Part shown: one piece after another, positions 43,424 through 52,607 of the stretch
How the letters are laid out: each line of letters begins with the position of its first letter
Numbering within the stretch: position 1 is the first letter of the stretch
Origin: a bacterium
Lineage (GTDB): Bacteria > UBA8248
Reading direction: 5' to 3'
DNA length: 64,000 bases
NCBI GenBank assembly: GCA_965200245.1
Contig: CBDATS010000004.1
Coordinates: 1,376,001 to 1,440,000, forward strand
The notes under the pieces: model-generated
The model's input: the letters and a program-made list of their open reading frames with translations, nothing else
The model's database searches: none
What the model was told of the DNA's origin: nothing
Made by a program: the position numbers and the translations under genes

Positions 43424-44866
43424 ATGGTTTCTCCACACACCCAGATTTTTCGATCCAAACTGCTCCGGTTTTTGCCCTCTGTGGATGAAATCGTCACACG
43501 CATAAAAAATGACGGCGAGAATAGCGCATCGGATGTTGCTATATCCGAAGCAGTCAGAAAAGCAATCGAAACGAAAAGATGTCAGCTGCTTGGACAAAAG
43601 AGCCCGGAATTCGAAAGCACCATGGAAATTTCTGCGATATCCGAGCAAACGATTCGAGATACTGTTCTCCACGACGCAAAACAAATCCTCTTGGCGAATA
43701 AACAGCCCAGCTTGAAAAAAGTCATCAACGCGACGGGAATTGTACTGCACACAAATCTGGGCCGGGCCCCGTTGAGTGACGCTGCAAGGACGGCACTGCA
43801 TGAAGTAGCCGGAGGATATTCAAATCTGGAATTCGATTTACACCAGGGAGTGAGGGGAAAAAGAGGGGCCGAAATAGAATCCCTTCTTTGCCGATTGACG
43901 GGAGCGGAAGCAGCATTGGTTGTCAACAATAACGCTGCCGCCGTGATGTTTGCGATTCATACGATGGCCCATTCCACTGAAGTGATCGTTTCAAGAGGGG
44001 AACTTGTTGAAATCGGTGGTTCTTTCCGCATTCCTGACATCATGCGTCAAAGCGGAGCAAAATTAGTAGAAGTAGGGACAACGAACAAGACAAGGATATC
44101 CGACTACCGCAACGCCATTACCCAGAATACGGGTTTATTGCTTAAAGCGCACCCAAGCAATTACCGGATTCTCGGCTTTACGGAAAGTGTATCCCGCGAT
44201 GAACTCGCCGAACTCGGAAGGGAAGCAATTTTACCCACCCTGGAAGATCTCGGGAGCGGTTCGCTTGTTCATATTGACGGTCTGCCACATGAGCCCACCG
44301 TCCTGGAATCGGTACGCTCGGGAATAGATATTGTTACCTTTTCCGGGGACAAGCTCCTCGGTGGCCCACAAGCCGGTATTGTCGTAGGCAAGGCCATGTG
44401 GGTGGAGAAAATGAAAAAACACCCCCTCATGCGGATCCTCAGGCTGGACAAACTCACGCTTGCCGCCCTGGAAGCAACACTCCGGGTCTACCTCGATCCC
44501 GAAGCTGCCCGAAACCAGATTCCAGTTCTTCAGATATTGTCCGCCAGCCGGGAAAAACTGAAAAGCCAGGCTGAATCTTTGATCAGTTGGATGGGAGAAG
44601 ATGTTTGTTCCGTACTAGGTGCGGAGATAGAAGGGACGTCGGGAAAGGTCGGTGGCGGAGCCATGCCCCTGGCGGAACTCGATAGTTACGCCGTCATCCT
44701 GTCTCCCCGAAACTTTTCCGCTAAATCTCTGGAATCCAGATTGCGCGATGGTGTTCCTCCTGTCGTAGCGCGCATTCAAGAGGATAAAGTGATATTGGAT
44801 TTGCGGTGTATCAGGGAAGATGAAGTCAAGGTATTGGCTGATATTCTTCGCGAACTCGCTACATAA
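43424..44866 (+). CDS. selA: L-seryl-tRNA(Sec) selenium transferase
   Basis: VINATGIVLHTNLGRAPL, VNNNAAA, SRGELVEIGGSFRIP, SGDKLLGGPQAG. Confidence 0.97.
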   Translation: MVSPHTQIFRSKLLRFLPSVDEIVTRIKNDGENSASDVAISEAVRKAIETKRCQLLGQKSPEFESTMEISAISEQTIRDTVLHDAKQILLANKQPSLKKVINATGIVLHTNLGRAPLSDAARTALHEVAGGYSNLEFDLHQGVRGKRGAEIESLLCRLTGAEAALVVNNNAAAVMFAIHTMAHSTEVIVSRGELVEIGGSFRIPDIMRQSGAKLVEVGTTNKTRISDYRNAITQNTGLLLKAHPSNYRILGFTESVSRDELAELGREAILPTLEDLGSGSLVHIDGLPHEPTVLESVRSGIDIVTFSGDKLLGGPQAGIVVGKAMWVEKMKKHPLMRILRLDKLTLAALEATLRVYLDPEAARNQIPVLQILSASREKLKSQAESLISWMGEDVCSVLGAEIEGTSGKVGGGAMPLAELDSYAVILSPRNFSAKSLESRLRDGVPPVVARIQEDKVILDLRCIREDEVKVLADILRELAT

Positions 44867-44931
44867 TCTCTGGCTTGATGACATAATGTTTTTCTGAATA
44901 ACCCGAAAAATAATCAGGAGGTAATATTCCA

Positions 44932-45735
44932 ATGCCTACCGTTAATTCCGACGGCGTCGCCATAGATTACGAAATCATCAATCCCCAGCATAGCGGTACG
45001 CCTGTATTCCTGATCAGCGGATTGGGAGGAGTTCGTGCATCATGGACGGAGCAAATCAAGGCCTTTTCTGCCGATAGACCCCTCATCCTTCACGACCACA
45101 GGGGGACGGGAAAAAGCGAAAAACCCAGCGGGGTTTACAGCGTCCCCAACATGGCGAAAGACATAACCGCGATCATGGATGACCTTGGAATGGGAAAGGC
45201 GCACCTCGTCGGAAGCTCAACCGGGGGTGCCATCATCCAGGTAATGTGTCTCGATCATTCAGACCGCGTTCAAAGCGGTTCAATCGTGAGTTCCTGGCCC
45301 AGGAGCGATGAGTATTTCATCCGCCAGTTCAGAGTACGCAAAGAAGTTTTGCTGGAGATGGGCTGGGACTTTTACACGAGATATTCCACGATTGCATTAC
45401 ACAGCCCCAAGTTCTTCACCGACAATTTCGAGGAAATCCAGGCACGCGAAAACCTGTCGATCGCTAACGCGCCTCCGGCAGAGGTTATGGCCGAGAGAAT
45501 CGATTGCATCATCGCGCATGACCAGTTGGGCCGTTTGGGGCAAATCGGGAACCCGGTTCTGGTGGCTGTTGCAAGAGACGACATCGTCACTCCTCTGTAC
45601 TACTCTCTGCAATTGAGGGACGCTATCCCCGGTGCTGAATTGAAAATTTTCGACGAAGGCGGACATTTCGTTTATCTCGAGAAACCGGTTGAATTCAATG
45701 AATCCATCCTGGAATTCATTCACCGTCATGACTAG
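44932..45735 (+). CDS. Alpha/beta hydrolase (RutD-like)
   Basis: DHRGTGKS, GSSTGG nucleophile elbow, GGHF. Confidence 0.85.
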   Translation: MPTVNSDGVAIDYEIINPQHSGTPVFLISGLGGVRASWTEQIKAFSADRPLILHDHRGTGKSEKPSGVYSVPNMAKDITAIMDDLGMGKAHLVGSSTGGAIIQVMCLDHSDRVQSGSIVSSWPRSDEYFIRQFRVRKEVLLEMGWDFYTRYSTIALHSPKFFTDNFEEIQARENLSIANAPPAEVMAERIDCIIAHDQLGRLGQIGNPVLVAVARDDIVTPLYYSLQLRDAIPGAELKIFDEGGHFVYLEKPVEFNESILEFIHRHD

Positions 45736-45783
45736 TCCTTGGTTTGGTGTATCGCCTGTCAAACATAAAGGCGAATCTCTCTT

Positions 45784-47694
45784 ATGAAACATGTCGTCAT
45801 CGGAACCGCTGGCCACATTGATCATGGCAAAACCTCTCTGGTCAAAGCGTTGACTGGCACAGACACGGACCGTCTCAAGGAAGAAAAAGAGCGCGGCATC
45901 ACCATCGAGCTTGGGTTCGCCGAATTGATTCTTGGAGATACCCATGCAGGCATCGTAGACGTTCCGGGTCATGAGCGATTCGTGAAAAACATGTTGGCTG
46001 GAGTCGGAGGCATAGATTTGGTCATGCTGATCGTCGCCGCCGATGAAGGCGTCATGCCGCAGACGAGAGAACATTTGTCCATTTGCCGGCTTCTCGGGAT
46101 CAAAACAGGCCTGATCGTGCTGACCAAAACAGATCTGGTCGAGCCGGAATGGGTTGAACTCGTCACAGACGATATACAGGACTTTGTAAAAGATACTTTC
46201 CTGCAAGATAAACCGGTCGTGCCGGTTTCCGCACATACAGGAGATGGACTGGAGAATCTCAAGAACACTTTGGTGGAAATCGCGAACCAGACGCCCGCAA
46301 AAAATGAAACCGGCATTTTCCGCATACCGATTGACCGCGTATTCACGATGCGCGGATTCGGCGTGGTGACGACAGGTACCTTGTTCAGCGGCAGCGTGGC
46401 CGTAGGCGAGCAGGTTGAAGTCTATCCCAAGGGTCTTCCGGCGCGCGTTCGTGGTTTGCAGGTCCACGGGGAATCTGTGGAAAAATCGACAGCCGGCCTC
46501 AGGACCGCTGTCAATCTTCAGGGTCTTGAACGCACCGAGGTGTTCAGAGGGGACATCATCGGGCATCCTGACGAATTGAAAACAACGTATATGCTGGACG
46601 TTCATTTGGAACATCTGGCCGACGCCCCCCGCCCCCTGAAAACCCGCGATCGTATCCGCTTCCACTCTGGCACTGCTGAAATCATGGGGAGGATATCCCT
46701 TATCGGGCAGGACCTGCTTGAACCGGGAGACAACTCATTCGCTCAAGTACGGCTGGAAGAACCGATTGTCGTCCTGCCCCGGGACCGATTCGTGATCAGG
46801 AGCTACTCGCCGATAATCACGATAGGCGGTGGGGAAATCCTGGACATCATGCCCCGCAAGCATAGACGGTTACGTAGTTCGTCCATGAATCACCTGGACT
46901 CACTTTATCACGGGGATGAGACGGAGAGGTTGCTTATCCTGATTCAGGATGCGCGATTGGACGGAATCGAACTCGCCGATCTGACGGGCCGTCTGACGCT
47001 CAAACCGAACGACATCAACAAGGAAATCCAGGAACTGTCCAGACAGCGCAAAGTGAAAATTATCGACCAAACCAGTTTCTTGGTCATGACAGCGGCACAT
47101 TTCGAAACCGTCCAGAAAAACATCCTCTCCTTCTTGAAGGAATATCACGCCAAGAATCAACTTCGCACGGGTGCTCCAAGAGAAGAGGTTCGCGGCAAGG
47201 CTGGCAATCTGCATGAAAAAATCTTCGGAATTGCCCTTAAAGATTTGAGCGAATCAAGCGAAATCGTTGAAAACGGTGCCCTCCTCAGGCTCTCATCCCA
47301 TTCCGTAGAGATCGACGAGACGCTCGGAGAAGTGAAAACAAAACTGGAATCCATTTTTCAAAACAGTCGTTTTCAGCCCCCATCCTTGGAGGCCGCTTTC
47401 TCACGGGGCGGAGGTAACGGCAGTTCAAATCAGAACGCTTTGCAGATTCTTGTCGACGAAGGAGTTCTGCTGCGCCTTAAAGACAATATTATCTATCACC
47501 GACAGGCATTGAAGGAAGCAGAAAACCTTCTCCGGGAACATCTGTTGCGCAACAACGAAATCACGGCGGCGGAATTTCGGGATCTATTGGGCATTACAAG
47601 AAAACATGCCATACCTTTGCTTGAATATTTTGATACAGCGCGAATCACGCTAAGGGTGGGAGACAAAAGAGTACTTCGATCAAGTTCAAGATAA
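45784..47694 (+). CDS. selB: Selenocysteine-specific elongation factor
   Basis: [20 protein letters not shown]-terminal winged helix ending [19 protein letters not shown]. Confidence 0.97.
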   Translation: MKHVVIGTAGHIDHGKTSLVKALTGTDTDRLKEEKERGITIELGFAELILGDTHAGIVDVPGHERFVKNMLAGVGGIDLVMLIVAADEGVMPQTREHLSICRLLGIKTGLIVLTKTDLVEPEWVELVTDDIQDFVKDTFLQDKPVVPVSAHTGDGLENLKNTLVEIANQTPAKNETGIFRIPIDRVFTMRGFGVVTTGTLFSGSVAVGEQVEVYPKGLPARVRGLQVHGESVEKSTAGLRTAVNLQGLERTEVFRGDIIGHPDELKTTYMLDVHLEHLADAPRPLKTRDRIRFHSGTAEIMGRISLIGQDLLEPGDNSFAQVRLEEPIVVLPRDRFVIRSYSPIITIGGGEILDIMPRKHRRLRSSSMNHLDSLYHGDETERLLILIQDARLDGIELADLTGRLTLKPNDINKEIQELSRQRKVKIIDQTSFLVMTAAHFETVQKNILSFLKEYHAKNQLRTGAPREEVRGKAGNLHEKIFGIALKDLSESSEIVENGALLRLSSHSVEIDETLGEVKTKLESIFQNSRFQPPSLEAAFSRGGGNGSSNQNALQILVDEGVLLRLKDNIIYHRQALKEAENLLREHLLRNNEITAAEFRDLLGITRKHAIPLLEYFDTARITLRVGDKRVLRSSSR

Positions 47695-47715
47695 ATCCTT
47701 CATAAGGAATCAAGA

Positions 47716-48903
47716 ATGCCTCTCGACAAAAGCAGGATACAACGCCTTCGTTCTGACGTTCCGGCTCTGGAAAATCAAATCTACGTCAATTGGGGAGGCG
47801 GCGGGCCATCCTCGAAATCGCTTCTTCTCGAAATGGACAAGTTCACGAAACACGAACTGGAACTCGGTTCGTTTCACCCGAAAATCAGGAATGAAACCAC
47901 CAGGGCACTGGGACGAACTCGAGAGAGTTGCGCAAAACTCATCGGCGCAGAGACCTCGGAAATAGCACTGACGAGCAATACAACCGTTGGAATCAATATC
48001 GCGGCGGCCGGACAGGAATGGAATGCCGGGGATGAAGTACTCGTATCGGATCTGGAGCATCCGGGTGGATATTTGCCCTGGCTCGTTTGGCGGAAGAGAT
48101 ACCCGATCAAGGTAAAACTATTCAAGACAGGTCAAGATGATGATGAACTGATTGGAAATCTGGAAGACGCCATCACCCCGAAAACCAAGGTGGTTTGTGT
48201 GAGCCACGTCTCCTGGCTGAACGGCAGGAGACTTCCGCTAGCGGAAATTGGCCGGATCTGCGGCTCGACAGGATCGCTCCTCATCGTAGATGGAGCCCAA
48301 TCCGTCGGACACATACCGGTCAACGTCAAAGAAGCCGGCGTAGACGTCTACACGATATCGGGCCAGAAATGGCTGATGGGTCCGGATGGCACCGGTGCCG
48401 TATTTATCAGGCGCAGTGCAGGAAAAAAGATTCATCTTTCGGCCGCAAGTTTTCGCACGGCACAAAAAAAGAGATTAAAAACCCTGTCCTTCACGCCGGA
48501 GACGAGCGCCATACGCTTTGAAGTCGGCACTCTGAATACGCCCGGTTTCCTGGGTTTCCGCGCCGCGGTCGAACATTTCAGGAGAACGGGGCCCGTATCC
48601 ATCGAAAAGAGGATTCTGGCACTGGCGAATCGCCTGTTGTCCCGGGCACGTCCAATCAGGAATGTCGAAGTCATTACGCCCGAAGGAGAGGCCCAGTCCG
48701 GTCTCGTCTCTTTTCGGATTCAGGGTGTTGAATCTCAGAAAATTGTGGACAGGCTTTACAGAAAACATCAAATCATTCTGAGAGCGGTGGTAACGGAGCC
48801 TCCCGCCGTGAGGGTTTCCATTCATTACCTGAACACGGAAGAAGAAATGGACTTGATTGCAGACGCGATTTCCTCTTTGGCGGCAGGCAGGGGGAAAAGG
48901 TAA
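47716..48903 (+). CDS. Class V PLP enzyme, cystine C-S lyase/CefD-like
   Basis: YVNWGGGGP, SDLEHP, DGAQSVG, SGQKWLMGP, RFEVGT, RVSIHYLN; no RxGxHC persulfide Cys. Confidence 0.8.
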   Translation: MPLDKSRIQRLRSDVPALENQIYVNWGGGGPSSKSLLLEMDKFTKHELELGSFHPKIRNETTRALGRTRESCAKLIGAETSEIALTSNTTVGINIAAAGQEWNAGDEVLVSDLEHPGGYLPWLVWRKRYPIKVKLFKTGQDDDELIGNLEDAITPKTKVVCVSHVSWLNGRRLPLAEIGRICGSTGSLLIVDGAQSVGHIPVNVKEAGVDVYTISGQKWLMGPDGTGAVFIRRSAGKKIHLSAASFRTAQKKRLKTLSFTPETSAIRFEVGTLNTPGFLGFRAAVEHFRRTGPVSIEKRILALANRLLSRARPIRNVEVITPEGEAQSGLVSFRIQGVESQKIVDRLYRKHQIILRAVVTEPPAVRVSIHYLNTEEEMDLIADAISSLAAGRGKR

Positions 48904-48913
48904 ATCCCCAAAG

Positions 48914-48947
48914 AAAAAAGGCGGCGGTAAGGCAACCGCCGCCTTTT
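48914..48947. terminator. Bidirectional Rho-independent terminator
   Basis: AAAAAAGGCGGCGGT-AAGGCA-ACCGCCGCCTTTT between convergent genes. Confidence 0.85.
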
Positions 48948-48963
48948 CAGTTCAACTCGGGCG

Positions 48964-49704
48964 TTATTTTTTCAGCGTCACGTTCACGGCCGTAGCGGCG
49001 CCACCCTTTACCGTCACCTTCATGGATTTTTTGCCTAAAACCTCGTGCCAAATATCCATGGTGTAAGAACCCGCGGGAACATCCTTGATCTCGAATTTCC
49101 CCCCGGTGCCCGTGATGCCGACGTATGGATTTCCCGCCACGACAATATATCCCGCCATCCAGTTATGTACGTCACAAGTCACTTTCATGATACCGGGCTT
49201 CTTGAAGTAGCGTGTCGACATTCTCAGTTTTTTCTTGAATTTAGGCTGCGCGATATTGGCAACCGAGTTGCCCGTTTTGCCGGGATGGGTGTGGACATTG
49301 TGGAGAATTTTGTCACTGTTTTTCATCAACAGTTTCGTCTTTGGCTTCATCACGACCACGCGGGGCAGGTAAACGCATCCTTTTTGGTCGACAGTCGCTT
49401 TTTTCTGGCTCTTCGACCATTTTTTGCCGGATTTCACGCCTTTCAAGGAAACAACGGCCCAGGCCACACCGCCGTCTTTCACGACCAAACTCTCATCCAT
49501 AATCGGTTGCTTCGCGCAAACTTTCTTGTCCTTGTTCACAGACAGGGTTTTGGGTTTTGGGACAGCGCCATCGAATTTGATTGTTCCGGTAATAGACCCC
49601 CCACCGCTTACCTTACCTTCCTTATAAGCATTCGCGGAACCAGCCAACGCGATGCTCAGGCACATCGCAAAGATCAAGCACAGTGAAAAGCGTTTGGGAA
49701 TCAT
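48964..49704 (-). CDS. Secreted protein with carboxypeptidase-regulatory-like and cupredoxin-like features
   Basis: Signal peptide, DQKGCVYLP, NSDKILHNVH, TCDVHNWM, VPAGSY..WHE. Confidence 0.75.
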   Translation of the reverse strand: MIPKRFSLCLIFAMCLSIALAGSANAYKEGKVSGGGSITGTIKFDGAVPKPKTLSVNKDKKVCAKQPIMDESLVVKDGGVAWAVVSLKGVKSGKKWSKSQKKATVDQKGCVYLPRVVVMKPKTKLLMKNSDKILHNVHTHPGKTGNSVANIAQPKFKKKLRMSTRYFKKPGIMKVTCDVHNWMAGYIVVAGNPYVGITGTGGKFEIKDVPAGSYTMDIWHEVLGKKSMKVTVKGGAATAVNVTLKK

Positions 49705-50846
49705 ACCTACTCCTCTCAAAGAATTTTTCAGGTTGGCAGTTACTTTTTTTTCAAAGCGCGGGTAATCATTCGCACGCATAATACAGGCTGTCTCAGCTAC
49801 GGAACCTCCAAGATTGACTTCCAGTCAAACCGGAACCACCGGAAATCCTCATCTGCCTCATTCAAGTAATGCACCTTTCATTTTAAGTCAACCCTCTCGT
49901 TAGTTGACTTGGCGATTCGCCTGAGTTCATTGTGTCGCAGGAGTGAATGCGGTCGTGAATGAGAGCGAAAATCCCGCCTTCAGAAGAGACCGACCCTTGC
50001 GGACTCCAAGGTATTTTCAGTGAGACAATGGTCATGTGAAAGTTCCACTATTCTGCAATCCGCTTTTTTCCTGGTTCTGCCCGGCGTTGTTTTTCCCCGG
50101 GCCACGGCACGGCGCACCACACCAGTTCCATAGCTTATATCGACCAGGAAGTCGGCAAAGTCGAAACAGGAAACTTCGAGATACGACAGACCGCCATGCC
50201 GCCGAAATTGCGAAAACAAGGAAACACCCCAAAACCCATTGAACAGACGCACAAACTTCTGTCTCGATTCACGCATCGCTTTGAGGTACGAATACGGGAT
50301 CAGAAAACCGGAAAGCCGCTTACAAAAAATCTGGCTGTGAAGCTGGGATTCACCCACAAAGAATGGGAAAGAACCTTCACGCTTGAAAGGTTTCGGAAGG
50401 ATAAGCGAGAGATTTACGGCAAAAACGTCAAACTGGGCGAAAAAGGCGCATACACCATCTCGACCACCATATCCGGTCTGGTGACTCATCCCGTAAGAGC
50501 GCGGTTTTCTTTCGATTTCGACCCGGAATCCGTAAAGGGCGTGATGCGAGATCTGGAAAAAATCCTGGCGATCCTTGGCCGGGAAACGCTTGTCTTGGAT
50601 CTGGACGGCGAGTTGATTCCTCGCCCCAACGAACGCTACATTCAGCGATTGACCGAAAAATTCGGGAATTATCTACTTGAATCCGCAAGTCTGAATATCC
50701 TGATTTTGCGTTTTCCGGGTGTATCGTTTTGCGTCACAGACGGAATTACTGCCAGAACCAGTGTATGCGCCGCCTTCTTCCATTCAACCCATAGACCAAC
50801 TCTGAGAGTAACTCGAAAATGGGCATTTTCGTATATAGTTCCCGTT

Positions 50847-51110
50847 TTACACATGATTGGGAACATCGCCCCAGTATGCGCCTTGAGCAGCTTCCAGTTC
50901 TTCCTCGGTGAGCCGGGACGAAGGCGGAAGGACGAGATAGCTGTTCTCGGCGTCGTCTTCCATCACATGCAGGTTGGAAGTCTCCGGCACCGCGATTCCG
51001 AACTCCCCGGATACCACGGCCCTCGGTTCGGAGATAAGACGGGCACGGAACTCCTCGCTGTCGCCTGCCTTCCCGATCAGGTGCTCGCGCATCCCGGAAA
51101 GAGATTTCAT
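50847..51110 (-). CDS. NHLP (nitrile hydratase-like leader peptide) RiPP precursor, 87 aa
   Basis: KAGDSEEFRARLISEPRAVV...LHVMEDDAENSYLVLPP..LTEEELEAAQGA leader; putative core YWGDVPNHV; AGGAG RBS upstream of the ATG. Confidence 0.87.
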   Translation of the reverse strand: MKSLSGMREHLIGKAGDSEEFRARLISEPRAVVSGEFGIAVPETSNLHVMEDDAENSYLVLPPSSRLTEEELEAAQGAYWGDVPNHV

Positions 51111-51191
51111 TTTGGTCTCCTTTCCTGGAGAAATGAGTATGGGTTGATACCCCGATGTTTTCGCTTTTTTTTGCATCGTCATCATGAGCAG

Positions 51192-51219
51192 GGTATAGGA
51201 TATTCCGACGGGAAAGCAA
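51192..51219 (-). promoter_or_regulatory. Possible sigma70 promoter inside the cassette, facing the NHLP gene
   Basis: Minus strand TTGCTT-N16-TATACC, about 80 bp upstream of the NHLP start. Confidence 0.35.
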
Positions 51220-51729
51220 GAAATTTTCTGGCGTTTTCTCGTGAGGAACAGGCTTCCTCCCGGAAGCCCGTCCGTATGTTCCCCGATCTCCCGGGAAACC
51301 GGCGGCCGAAGTATCCGTTTTTCCAGAATTCAGGGAATAAGACTTGTGGAATTAAGTATGTAATTCCCAAAAATTCAGATATTTTGTCCCGTGGATATCG
51401 AACCTCAGGGAAGGAGAAGCGCAGGAACTGTATGATGACTTGACCCGAAAACTACTCGACCTCGCCGATACCATGAAGAAAAACGCCAAAAACCCGATTA
51501 CGATCAGCTCGCCGGCAACCTCGCCACCGCCAGAAACCTTTGCTCGCAATGTCACCATATCTTTCAGGAAGCGGATTCAACCGGAAAACCCGTCAAGTTG
51601 CCTGCTTCGCCATCGAATCGATAGTCCGACCGCTCAAATGCCGTGATGTTTGCAACATGCCGGACTCTGGGGTATTCCTTTTCCCGAAACGGCTTATCGC
51701 CGATACGTTTGTTTTTTCGTGGGTGAATT

Positions 51730-52578
51730 GTGAATCTGAACCTCAAAGACGCAAAGATGCCCGAAACGCTTGATGGCTGGGCTATCCTGCATCATATTTT
51801 CAGGGTGAACTGGCCCGCCTGGAACCGCTTGGCCAGTGCCCGCCAACACCGCATCCTGGACGAAGCGACAGAACACTTCGCCTCAATCGCACGGCCTGAA
51901 TCCGGGGAAAGCGCTCTTTTCAGCCTTTTGGGCCACAAGGGAGACCTGCTGTTTCTCCATTTTCGGCCCACGCTCGATGCGCTGAATGAAGTCGAACTCG
52001 GTTTGCGTCGGCTGGCACTTGCAGAATACATGGAGGAAACCACTTCCTACCTCTCGTTCCTGGAACTCGGCCTCTATGAAATGACCGTGAAACTTCACTC
52101 ACAATTCGTGGATCAGGGTCTCGAACCGGGAAGTGACGATTGGAAGTCGAATTGGGCTAGGGAAATGGACAACCAGCGCGAACGCATGAAAGAGCGCCTC
52201 TATATGGACATCCCGAAAACCAGATACCTGTGCTTTTACCCAATGAACAAGCGAAGGGGCGAGCAAAAGAACTGGTACGGCCTGACCATCGAGGAGCGAC
52301 AGCAAATGATGCGCGAACACGGCTTTGTGGGCAGACGATACGCCGGGCGCGTTCAGCAAATCATCACGGGCAGCATCGGCTTCGACGACTGGGAATGGGG
52401 CGTCTATCTGTTCTCGAAAGATCCACTTGTCTTCAAGCGTCTCGTATACGAAATGCGTTTCGATGAGGCCAGCGTCTGGTATGGCGAGTTCGGTCCGTTC
52501 TACGCCGGGTTGCGCGTCATGACACATCATCTGAAAAGCATTTTCCGCGGCAAGGTGCCCTCCCTCGAAGCGCCCTGA
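51730..52578 (+). CDS. Coproheme decarboxylase / chlorite dismutase family protein (ChdC/HemQ-like)
   Basis: PETLDGW, LGHKGDL, CFYPMNKRR..NWY, MMREHG, GSIGFDDWEWGV, YEMRFDEAS. Confidence 0.88.
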   Translation: MNLNLKDAKMPETLDGWAILHHIFRVNWPAWNRLASARQHRILDEATEHFASIARPESGESALFSLLGHKGDLLFLHFRPTLDALNEVELGLRRLALAEYMEETTSYLSFLELGLYEMTVKLHSQFVDQGLEPGSDDWKSNWAREMDNQRERMKERLYMDIPKTRYLCFYPMNKRRGEQKNWYGLTIEERQQMMREHGFVGRRYAGRVQQIITGSIGFDDWEWGVYLFSKDPLVFKRLVYEMRFDEASVWYGEFGPFYAGLRVMTHHLKSIFRGKVPSLEAP

Positions 52579-52607
52579 AGCGCACGATTTCAAAAAACAG
52601 GCCCATC

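Larger units (their letters stand above)
50664..51368. mobile_element. 705-bp non-autonomous IS-derived cassette (MITE/MIC-like, probably IS1595 family)
   Basis: TIRs 50664-50692 and 51340-51368 match at 24/29; direct repeat AAAAATTC at 50656-50663 and 51369-51376; no transposase ORF. Confidence 0.88.
50020..51624 (+). pseudogene. Disrupted periplasmic c-type cytochrome (C-terminal CxxCH, class II-like), split by a mobile cassette and frameshifts
   Basis: Removing 50664-51376 rejoins ...RLTEKF|RYFVPWISNLREG... in frame. After a frameshift at the A5 run (51488-51492) it reads DYDQLAGNLATARNLCSQCHHIF to TAG 51622. The 5' signal-peptide region is also frameshifted, so the start is approximate. 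Confidence 0.75.

Noticed and set aside
50037-50039. In-frame TGA near the start of the cytochrome pseudogene as a second Sec codon
   Set aside because: No redox motif or SECIS-like hairpin follows, and the region is frameshift-degraded signal sequence.
50196-51443. 415-aa ORF as a genuine gene
   Set aside because: It is a chimera: the host gene fragment reads through the inserted cassette antisense to the NHLP gene.
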